The notes under the pieces: model-generated | Told to the model about the DNA's origin: nothing | Database searches by the model: none | The model's input: only the letters and a program-made list of their open reading frames with translations | Position numbers and translations under genes: made by a program | From: Rhodospirillales bacterium | GTDB lineage: Bacteria > Pseudomonadota > Alphaproteobacteria > Bin95 | Assembly (NCBI GenBank): GCA_038143065.1 | Contig: JAYQLI010000027.1 | Coordinates: forward strand, 1 to 19,408 | Direction: 5' to 3' | DNA: 19,408 nt | Part shown: positions 1 to 9,335 of the stretch, in pieces | How positions within the stretch are numbered: the first letter of the stretch is position 1 | Layout: every line of letters starts with the position of its first letter

Positions 1-105
1 AGTGACGCGCTTCGTTCAGTCCGTATTGCTCGGTAACCCCCGGTCCGGCGTCCACGAGGCGCGAGCCGCGAAGCGAACCGCGAGACGCTGTCCTCGGATC
101 ACGGC

Positions 106-319
106 TCAAGGTCCGTGGACCGGACCTTGTATGCTGGACCTTGGCCCTCCGACCAGGGTTAGGGTTGAAGCAAGGTTGCAGGTAAGGACGATACCAGTTG
201 ACCTGTAGGAGCGGCTTGCTAACCTGTTGTGATATAGCTGGATTCAGTCACACGGCTGGCAACATGAGGCGTCGAACCCTTCAGCGGGCACCATACCAAG
301 CTTCAAGGTCCGTGGACCG
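106..319. repeat. 17-bp direct repeat TCAAGGTCCGTGGACCG (106-122 and 303-319) in a GC-rich short-repeat region
   Basis: Both copies read directly. Each contains the palindrome GGTCC-gt-GGACC. The first copy extends into an 8-bp hairpin AAGGTCCG/CGGACCTT (108-128). Confidence 0.8.
272..293 (+). other. Degenerate tRNA 3'-end remnant / att-like site
   Basis: TCGAAC-CCTTC-AGCGGGC-ACCA has the spacing of T-loop, T-stem 3' strand, acceptor 3' strand and ACCA. No complete tRNA 5' half is visible upstream. Confidence 0.45.
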
Positions 320-364
320 TGGTTCAAATGTCGATTTTCGTAGATACCACTCATGTTGGACTCC

Positions 365-2052
365 ATGAAAAAATTTGCCGCATTCATCATTTTCTTCGCT
401 CGGCTCACCACAGATTGGACGCGTAAAGACTTAAATATTGCCGCAAAACCCTTTCGCGCTGCGGTGAATCTGGATCGGACTTCAAGGACATTTTAGTATC
501 ATTTGGAAAGTAGTCGACGCGCACTCACTGTCGATGCATCTGGGCAATGCGCCAACACCGCAGCATTGATGTGGAGCAGCTTTTTTGCAACCCGCTCACG
601 TTCGGGCGAGCTTTTACTTGACCAATCAGAACGACCACTACGTCGGCGGTCATAAAGAAAGTTGGTGACGGTTCACCTCATCGAGATTAAGGCTTTGCTC
701 CATTTGAACATCTTATGGTCGTGAAACCTAATTATCATATAAAGAAACTGTAAAACCCTTCAAACTCCAGCTGTTAAACTCGGACGGAACGTTTGAGCGC
801 AGCTAAAGTCGACCCCAGGCTCACGATGCAAATTCGTAATGGGTCTGTTGCAGATTTTAATAATGATGTTTCTAGGATTTTGCTGCTCACTCACCAACTG
901 GTGATCAGGGGAAAAGGTGGGTAGCCCAAGGATGATGCTCTCTGAAGTTCCTTTAACATTCCATTGAAGTCCCCTGACTGATCTCAACAAGGGTTTTATT
1001 ATCACCCCATCCCAGAACTTAGGCGTAATGACTGGAACCATGGCGGCGATGTGGGTGACCTTGACGAATTGGTGAAATAGACATCCTTCCGCTAAGTGAA
1101 CTGAGAAAAGAGGGACTGTTCCAGCCATAACATCTCTGACGCACCCACGTTTGTCCTTGGCGATTCCGCGTATACCAACGAGGTTTCTTCAACTATCTCA
1201 GATGCGGACTAACGCGTTTGATCATTTCAACAAGAAGATTTTAGATATTGCGGTGAGGCAACGACCCCTAATCGCCAGCGGACACCTGAAACAATGCTCC
1301 AGAACATCGGTAAAATCTCACGTCATCTGCGGGGATGGAATTTTAACTTCGACGATAGCAAAGATCAGTTTTGGTGAAGTTGGGTTACTGCCAGTGATAT
1401 GGAGGAATGGAAATCGACTTATTAATTCAAGCCAGGTAGGTAGCAACCACATAAGGCCGGAAGATTTGCCTGCGTGCTGCATCCGAAGCTTTCCGGCCTT
1501 GACGGGGATGGCAAAGACGATCTCTTATTGGGCCAGCGCGTTTCTGAACCGGGCTTTCAAACCCGGGTTTACCGCGTATTTAAGTATGCGTGATTTGTCC
1601 GAAGCAATGTGACTTTCCAAATCGTCACGGTAAACCGTCTGATAATCGAGGACATGATGTAAACTCTTCCCATTGTGAACCTTGGAGGCATTTGGAGCGA
1701 GGGCTGAGATATTCTAATCATAAGTCACGGAAGAATCGAGGAATGAGTTCCATTCCGATCCAAATTCAGGTCATCCCTTTTGTTCCTTAACCACGATGGC
1801 TTCTGGCTACCCATAGGTTGGTGTAGGGAATTAAAAGGTTCATATCTGTCGATGACATTGTTTCCTGGATAGCTAGCAGATATTAGATCAGCTGGTTGTT
1901 CGTCGCAAGCCATCAAAAAAGTCGCTTTAGACATCTCCTGTAAAGATGTATCGCTATGGACGCCATTGGATGAACTATCATTTTGGTCCAGAGATAAAGT
2001 TTACCTATTATTGAAACTTCAATGGGCAGTTGCCACGAATGTTAATTCCTAA
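365..2052 (+). CDS. Secreted FG-GAP/VCBS repeat-containing protein (multiply frameshifted)
   Basis: Signal-peptide-like start MKKFAAFIIFFA at 365. Ca-binding FG-GAP-type loops occur in different plus frames: VNLD..FKDILVSFG (~464-510), ADFNND (850-867), WNHGGDVGDLD..GEIDIL (1033-1090), DGDGKDDLLLGQ (1501-1536). End is approximate (last open stretch 1921-2052). Confidence 0.65.
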
Positions 2053-2481
2053 TGTAACCTTTGGTTACCCCAGTTGCCACTAGCCTGGGTTATCAAAAAG
2101 GTTGGAGACATGGACAAGGATCTATTTCGCAACACGCTTGCTACGAATGCGCTGTCAACTGGCAGGCCAATAGATCCAAAAAGCCAAATCGTTTCGGCAT
2201 TTGTTCCTTCTGATCGTCCTTGCTTACATCTCTTACATTTTGGCACGAGGTTGGGTTTGGAGCTTAAGGGCACGCCATCTTGTTCTTGCATGGGTTCCGA
2301 TCATCCTCGCGGCCATGATAATCGGCGGAGAGTCGCCATAGAATTAATGCACAATACTGGACAGTTGGCTGAATCTCTACATTGCTGAATTCATCCCTTG
2401 AAACAAAAGCGGGGCACTTCTCTGGCATTTGTGTTGAAAAAGCATCACATCCCAGTGAAGGGTCTGCCGGATTAGGAACGG

Positions 2482-3630
2482 CTAGTGGTTGTAACCAATT
2501 GCTCTCATCCATCTGGCTTTGACCTCGAGACCATAGCCGCTGCCATATTTCTGGCCCACGCCTGCGGTGGCCCAACCGCCGATGGCATCGATGATCTGAC
2601 GGGCATTCAACACGAAGGCAAATCGCGGAGACTATGCCGGAAGAGTGAACCACACAGCCGCCAGGGACGCGTGGCTTCAGCCACTTGTTGATAGCCGCGC
2701 TGGCAGAGTTGGCGCTGCAGCCAGAACTGTTCGTGTATCTAGGGAAGGCGAAGTCCTGCTGGCTCTCGACAATGCGCCTTGCTGCCCAAAGTGACATGCC
2801 AACCAGTGGAATGTCACGCTCCCTTGGTCTTCAAACGCCAGGGTGTCCGACAAGGTTGATGTAAGATGTAGAATGTCGACATCAAGTTTAATGTCCGATA
2901 CCAGCAGTCCCTGCAGCTTCAGCAAGGCGCATACCTGTGTCACTGATCAGCGCCACCAGCCATCTGACATCGTCATCCAGTTCAATGCATCCTTCTGGAT
3001 GGCCACAAGGCCTCTTCGGGAATCGGCAATCGGGTAAACGTCCTCATCATCCGGGATGAAGGACGTTGGCGAACACATTGGGACAGGCGAGGCCATACTC
3101 TCTGATGGCAAGGTTGGTGATGGCTTTGACTGTGCCAAAGACACGGGCGCACTGATGCCGCCGTCATACCCTTGCCAAGCAGATAATCCCTGAACCGTCC
3201 TGCATCTGAAGCCGATAGAGATGACGGCTTTCTGCGGCGGTGGCTTCTGTCAGATAGCCAATTGCACGCTCTGCCCCTTGGAAGAAGGTCTTGCTTCGGC
3301 CAGCGCCCTTCAAACGGAGATAGCTTTCGAGCGCGTCCTCGATGGAGACAGACACGCTACATCGGTCTGCCTCAACCTCCTGCACCAATGAAAGCCAAGC
3401 TCCTTGTGTGGAAGATCTCCAGGCGGATGCTGTCCCAGTATCGCTCCAGCCTGTCAGACAGAGCGGCAGCAGATCTGCGCCTTCGGCAGCTGATCTTGTA
3501 TGCAGGAGACGATCACCCGATCCTTGTTGAAACGAGAGCGCACATCTGCAGGGACACGGCGGGAAAAGTAGAAGATGCCATTACGGCGGATTAGAAGTAT
3601 AGCGTGATTTTGGATCACAGTTTGGCTCAC
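2482..3630 (-). CDS. DUF6538-domain tyrosine recombinase/integrase (frameshifted)
   Basis: N-terminal RRNGIFYFSRRVPADVRSRF (DUF6538-like), then ALESYLRLKG, ALISDTGMRLAEAAGL (catalytic Arg), LKT, NSASAAINKWLK, VHS..HSLR and DAIGGW...KYGSGY (catalytic Tyr region). Stop TAG at 2482-2484. Confidence 0.9.
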
Positions 3631-3631
3631 A
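3609..3631. repeat. Tandem 11-bp repeat TTTGGATCACA / TTTGGCTCACA, candidate arm-type sites of the DUF6538 recombinase
   Basis: Two near-identical copies with a 12-bp period overlap the recombinase start, about 65 bp from the att core. Confidence 0.5.
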
Positions 3632-3696
3632 CTTCCTGACGTCAAACAACAAAATGCTTGAAAATCAGGGCCTTGAACCACGAATCTTTGGGTAAA

Positions 3697-3712
3697 TGGT
3701 GCCCGGGGGCGG
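3697..3712 (-). repeat. att core: duplicated 3' 16 nt of a tRNA (tRNA-Phe-like), CCGCCCCCGGGCACCA
   Basis: Reverse complement reads CCGCC-CCCGGGC-ACCA (T-stem 3' strand, acceptor strand, ACCA), matching my recollection of the alphaproteobacterial tRNA-Phe(GAA) 3' end. There is no tRNA body upstream. It lies between two integrase genes, and TGGTGCCCG recurs at 19400-19408. Confidence 0.85.
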
Positions 3713-3840
3713 CACTGAACAGATGTTTCAGTGTGTTTCGTGAGGTTTCAATAGTGCATTTTATTTGCTATTATTCAATGTGTTGATGAGGTTTTGTGTC
3801 TCAAGGCGTTTCACTGGATGTCACAAGATCTCAGATCAAA

Positions 3841-3861
3841 AGGTGGATAATTAGGTGGATA
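3841..3861 (+). repeat. Arm-type site pair AGGTGGATA x2 (left)
   Basis: AGGTGGATA at 3841-3849 and 3853-3861, immediately before the integrase start. A similar pair occurs at 19322-19343. Confidence 0.7.
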
Positions 3862-3864
3862 GAA

Positions 3865-5154
3865 TTGGCGCCTCGTGATCGCCTCTCTGCGGCATTCATT
3901 AAATCTGCAAAACCGGGCAAGCATTGTGATGGTGCTGGCCTGTGGTTCCATAAACGCGCCGGTGGCGGTGCTCAATGGTTCCTCCGTTTTGACCGATATG
4001 GCAAGCGCTGTGAGATGGGGCTTGGTGGCTTCCCCCGTGTAAGCTTGAAGCAAGCTCGTGGGCTGGCAGAGACGGCAAGATCACAGCTTGCTGCTGGCAT
4101 TGATCCCATTAAGGAGCGCCGAAGGCTAAAGCGTGAGGCGCTGCAGTCGGCTAACACGTTTGAGCATCTGGCTCATGAAGCCTTCGAGGCCCGCAAATCA
4201 GAGCTGAAGGGTGATGGCAAAAATGGTCGCTGGTTTACACCGTTGGCACTGCATGTCCTGCCAAAGCTTGGATCAGTGCCGGTAGAAGAAGATAACCCCT
4301 CGAGATCTTCGTGATTGCATCGGTCCGCTATGGCATGAGAAAGCGGATACAGCGCGCAAGGCTCTTAACAGAACAAACCTCGTCATCGGCATGCCGCAGC
4401 TCTGGGGCTTGATGTGGACATCGGCCTTGCCGAGAAGACAAAGCTGCTCTTGGGTAAGACAAGGCATGTGGTAAAGCACATTCCATCAATGCCATGGCAA
4501 GAGGCGCCAGCCTTCTATCAATCATTGGATGACAAATCCCTGCCGCAGCTGGCACTGCGATTGCTGATGCTAACCGGTCTTCGCAGCCATCCGGTGCGGC
4601 ATGCCCATCTCCATTAGATCAATGGGAACATCTGGACCATCCCCGGAGAGAAAATGAAGGGCCGCAAAGGCAAAACCTCAGACTTCCGTGTACCCCTTAC
4701 ACCCGAAGCCCTTCACGTCATTGAGCTTGCCAGTCAGCAGCAGCGGGATGGCCACATATTCCCTGGTGTAAAACGCGGGGTCATATCCGATGCCTCGATG
4801 GCGCGGCTCATGGAACGAAGAGGTCTAGAAGCAAGACCGCATGGCTTTCGCTCAACGCTGCGTGTGTGGCTGACAGAAAGCCAGCAGGCAAGCCGCGAAG
4901 TGGCTGAGACAATCATCGCGCATCAAACTGGATCGCTCACAGAACGCGCCTATAACCGCACAGACTTCCTCGAGCAAAGAAGAGAGCTGATGGAAGCTTG
5001 GGAGAGGTATCTGAAGTCAGGAGATCAGAGCCAGACCACCTATTCGATCGCTAGATCAATTATCCGCCCTCTAGGCTTCCCAATTTCGACCTTACGATCC
5101 ATAAACAACCTGAAGAACAGCGTGCATTTGATCTTATTGTGCATCGAAGGTTGA
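3865..5154 (+). CDS. P4-family tyrosine integrase with N-terminal arm-DNA-binding domain (frameshifted near 4300, 4395 and 4615)
   Basis: KPGKHCDGAGLW..QWFLRF..GKRCEMGLGGFPRVSLKQAR..GIDP (DUF4102-type arm-binding domain). Catalytic motifs LTGLRS, MKGRK, HGFRST, IAH and RAYNR. Likely start is TTG at 3865; the true C-terminus may be nearer 5030. Confidence 0.93.
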
Positions 5155-5207
5155 AGTTTTTGCCTCAATCTCAATGCCACGGCCTATAGCAAGTCTTGAG
5201 TGCTCTC

Positions 5208-5811
5208 TCACATCTCGATCGTGCGATCATAAGCCTCCACCATCCTGTCTGCTATCGCTCTCACCTCAGCAGGAGACCAACCAGACTGATATAATGTGTT
5301 TCCAAGTCCAAAACCCGTAACTCCAGCTTTGAACCATGCGTCGAATATGGCTGGTTCTACCCCACCAACAGCGTAGGTTTTCGTATTTGGCGGCAATACA
5401 GCCATCAACGCGGAAAGGCCTTCGGTCCCAAGCAGAAATGACGGGAAGATTTTAAGCCCATCCGCCCCGAAGCGAAGTGCTTTAAGCTCTCCGTCGGTGT
5501 CAGAACGCCAGGATAAGATAACAATCCGAGCTTCTTGGTTAGTCCAATGATATCAGGGTTGCAGTCAGGTGAGACAATCAGCTTAGCACCGATGTCCGAC
5601 AGCCGGTGGACGTCATCTGTTTTTAAGACTGTTCCCGCACCAATGAGCGCGTCTTCACCAAATTGGGTGCAAAGTTTTTCGATGCTGTTAAAAGGACGAG
5701 GTGAATTTAGCGGGACTTCGATCTTCGTAATCCCGGCATTAATTAGCGCATCGGCAATGCCGATCACTTCCTCGGGCTCGACACCCTTAAAATGGCAATC
5801 AACTCACGCAT
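5208..5811 (-). CDS. dgoA: 2-dehydro-3-deoxy-6-phosphogalactonate (KDPGal) aldolase
   Basis: MRELIAIL.GVEPEE..IEVPLNSPRPF, IGAGTVL, LIVSP, PGVLTPTE, AVGGV, GFGLG..LY. Its start overlaps the dgoK stop. Confidence 0.9.
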
Positions 5812-6745
5812 ACTTAACTCTCCCCAATGTCCTAGTAGCTATCTGAGCCAACCCTGCAAGTGACGCGTGCTTAGCTTGAACAACCTCAACTTTACAGCCC
5901 AATTTCTTAAGGATTTCCTCGTAGAACGTGATGGCCGCACTTCCCCAATTAGGATTACTTTCTGGTTCAACCAGTATCGTTTGATAGCCCAAGTTCCTGA
6001 CCGATCAACATTCCGGAGAAACGCGAACGCAGTTTTTCTGGAGGAGCATCATCCAGAAGCGACGCTGCTCGTAGCCCAAAAGTCCTTCCGCGACGCTTTG
6101 GGGTTCCTTAGCCGCCTGAAGCGCAGCTGACAAAAGAACACTTCGGTCCCACGCCCGGCTACCCATAGAGTGTCGCAAAATTGTATGGTTGGACAGAGCG
6201 TTAAACACCTCTCCAGTCATGAAAGTCGTAAAAACTTTCGACTTTTCCATTCGAGACAGATACCCATTTCGAATGCGTTCCCGGAAGACAAATTGCGCCG
6301 GAATAGTCGGGGTCACGAGCCATAAACCCGGCGATCTGAGTTTCTTCACCGCGCATAACATCCATTGGGGCCAATTGACTTAATCCCGGGAGAATATGAA
6401 CACTGATGCGATTGTCCCTGGTTGGCACGTGCGCGTCAATCCATCGGTAGCGACTGGTTCACATGGGACGCGGCGATATTCGGCTTCGCGCCATCCTTGT
6501 TTTGCGCCGACCATTCCGCTGGCATAGACCGGTATCTTGCGGTTTGGTGAAAGCCACGGTTCGATCAAGGACAACGGAAGGCAGACTCGAACTGATGAGA
6601 CTCTAGTTTTGCCATCCCAAGATCCGACGATTTCTCGTCAATAGTCTGTCCTGTTGCGTCAGCAGCAAAGACACGCAAATTTGTCGTACCCCAGTCAACT
6701 CCCTATCCAAGCTAAGTCGGTACTAGGCTTTAAACTCTCAGCCAA
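5804..6745 (-). CDS. dgoK: 2-dehydro-3-deoxygalactonokinase
   Basis: WIGVDWGTTNLRV, ASGMVGAKQGWREAEY..VP, DVMRGEETQIAG, CLPGTHSKWV and FMTGEVF..L..HTIL, rebuilt across frames. Confidence 0.92.
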
Positions 6746-7083
6746 TTTTCCAAACCTTTCTAGGGTATTTCACCCCGTTCCATTAACGTACTCCGCAGAT
6801 AGGTTACTAATGGAGCCTCAATACTTTCGGCTAGTTCAAGGAATTAGAAATCTTGCTCGTGTGGAGCAGCAAACGGGTCAATAGGCATATAGGCCATTAT
6901 AAAATCTGCGCCATAATTGCTGGCTCTTTTGCTGCATTCAATAGCGTCCTTGAGTGACCCAACTACCGCCATCATCATCGCTGATCGTTTAGCGTTGGCT
7001 TCCAGCAGCTATTGAATGAATGCGGTCAATATCAGACATCTGCATTGAGAAGAATTCAGCGCTGCACCCAGACGCATCTGACC

Positions 7084-7968
7084 CTATTTTCGGCTGTCGC
7101 GAATTTCCCGTTTGTCCAAAAACAGCTGCATCTCTTTAAGATCATAATCATCCAAGCTTGCAGAGTAATCTCTGACATTTGGCGTGCGAATGACACCCGC
7201 GAGGTGCAGGAACGTTTTACCAGCCACGGGACCGTAGAGCATCATGATGTTGATCATCGGCAATGTGGATTCATACAGGCGTCTCGCACCTGCAATGTCT
7301 CCTTGCCAGAATCGGTTGTAGATTTGAACGATCTCCGCAGTCAATGGAGTTGCGGGCATCGTGCCAGAGCTTCCACGCAGCAGTTCTGAAATGAGGTACA
7401 TTCCGCTTTTCCACCATAAACAGGAGATTGATTGCTTTAGTGAGCTCAAGCGTTTTGCCGATGGTGTGCGTGTCTGGATGCAATTCTTGTTTGATGGAAA
7501 ACACAAACCTATTCGTTTCAAGTATTTCAATCATTGCCGCATCCGAAATGCTCCCTCCAGTCGGTGGTGGCGCATTTTGAATCATAAGTGGCAACTGGCT
7601 CGCATCCGTTATCTCATTAAAATAGCGGATGGCTTCCTCGTCGTTTGCAATTGTTGGCGGAGTGGCGATTAGTCCGTCAACACCTGCCTTCGTTGCCATT
7701 TCAGCCAAGCGCGCCGCGTGAACGATTGAAACGCCTGACACGCCAGCAAGGACTTTCACCCGTCCCGCTACAGCCCCAACGGTAGTTTGGTAAATAGCGT
7801 CCCGCTCAAAGTCAGTTAACGTGTAATATTCACTGATAACCAGTGGTGTTGCGATGGCTTTCTGCCCAGCCTCGATGCAATATCTAACCATGAAAGTCCA
7901 TCCAAATCTAATATGTTGTCGTCCCCAAAAGGCGACATAAGAATTGGGATAACACCTTTGATGTCCAT
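7084..7968 (-). CDS. Dihydrodipicolinate synthase (DapA/NAL)-family lyase, probably a keto-deoxy sugar-acid aldolase or dehydratase
   Basis: MDIKGVIPILMSPF..LDLDGL, SEYYTLTDFER, AGRVKVLAGVS, ATPP, MIQNAP and SIKQE (Schiff-base Lys). RBS AAGGGA lies before ATG 7968. Confidence 0.88.
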
Positions 7969-7993
7969 TATTGTTCCCTTCATTAATTTAGTA

Positions 7994-9332
7994 TCAAAAC
8001 CGATCCAAACCTGGTTTGTAACGGCCCGGCGCGATCTCGCAAGACTAGAAAACTTCAGGCAGAAGCCATGGATCTTGCCGCAAGATCCGTCTGGCCAGTT
8101 CCGCTCAGCCTCAATCTTTAGCCACGTTGCATACTCGGTTCGCACATCATTTGTGCCAGTGTAGCGACCACAGGGCTTTGATCTTCACAGTGCGTATATT
8201 GAAGATGATGAATATCTTGTATAGGGGCACCAAAAATATTTAGCTTTCTTCAGGATCTATCCGTAAATCGTAAAGCTTGTGGCGCCTCATCCGCACTTAA
8301 TATGAGTTTGTGCGAATGTGTGCGCACACACCTTTGGATCGTGCGTGTTTTATTGGCCTCTGTCTGCCAGTAAAGGTGTGCGACCCTCGACTGAGGCGTT
8401 CGTGCTGCAAAGGCAGCAAACTCTGTCCTTCAGGGTTTGCGGGCATTTCGCTGATCAGGTCGTAGATTGTCGGCACGATATCTTCATACTCATAATGTCA
8501 TGCTTTACTTTTGTTATAACGCAATTCCGCCTTTAAAATCATGCGGCACACGGATGGAATCTTCTTACAGCTGAATTTGTGTGAAAGTTTGGCGTTTCAT
8601 CGAAGGTTTCGCCGTGATCAGACAGGTAGATCAGGATTGTATTTTTCCTGAAAGTTGATCGCACGATCAAACTTGCCGAATGCGCCCGACGTATGAATCC
8701 AGCGTTGTCACTGCTGCATAATACCCAGGGTTCACTACGCCTTTACCGCGATAGTGCTCGTAAAACTCAGTTGGAGCAGTAAATGGATTATGCGGAGGGT
8801 ACAGTTTTGGACCGCAAAAAAGGGGTTTTCCTGGAGCGACATTGCTTTCTAGGAATGCGATCATTTTGTCCGTTTGTGTTTCAGGCTTGTATTTGCCCTC
8901 TTGAAAGGGCTTGGCGCCCCTCCTCCCAATGGCCGCCTCGGGAATTGAAACCTTCCCAAATGTCAAACCGACCCGAGTTTTTTTCGTTGAGGTGCCATTT
9001 GCCAAAATACGCTGTGGTATATCCAAATTCTTGAAGGGCTTCAAATATTGTGGTTTTTACTTTGCGCCCTCGTAATTGAAAACATCATCGATGCCGTAGC
9101 GGTTATATGTTATTCCATGCGTGCTAGGGGCGAGGCCGGTCCACAACGTCGCGCGCGCCGGTGTGCAGACGGGATAAGGGGTGTAGGCGTTTCAAACGAA
9201 GCGCCATTGTTAGCCATCGTTCATCGAGATTGGGCGTATGCACAAAACAATTGCCATTTGCACCAATAGAATCCCACCTTTGCTGATCACTCACAATTAA
9301 TACGATGTTGGACACACTTCTGCACTTTTCAT
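7994..9332 (-). CDS. Cys-type (formylglycine-dependent) sulfatase-family hydrolase without signal peptide
   Basis: NIVLIVSDQQRWD..HTPNLD, signature VCTPARATLWTG (CxPxR, ~9135-9170), PPHNPF, YYAAVTTLDSYVGRI, N.ILIYLSDHGETF and C-terminal LYDL..DPEE..N. Confidence 0.9.
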
Positions 9333-9335
9333 TCC

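Noticed and set aside
215-293. Intact tRNA ending in CCA at 293
   Set aside because: No 5' acceptor strand complementary to AGCGGGC and no cloverleaf could be folded.
40-330. CRISPR array
   Set aside because: Only two copies of a 17-bp repeat about 200 bp apart, no regular spacers and no cas genes.
760-1934. Minus-strand ORFs 760-1128 and 1725-1934 as genes
   Set aside because: They are antisense to recognisable FG-GAP motifs on the plus strand and carry no motifs of their own.
3697-3780. Intact tRNA gene
   Set aside because: Only the last 16 nt are tRNA-like. There is no T-loop, anticodon arm or D arm upstream on the minus strand.
3796-3864. Integrase start at GTG 3796
   Set aside because: The extension runs through the arm-site repeats, and family similarity begins near TTG 3865.
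7084-7968. dapA (lysine biosynthesis)
   Set aside because: It lacks the GTTGE and catalytic Tyr motifs and sits in a catabolic operon.
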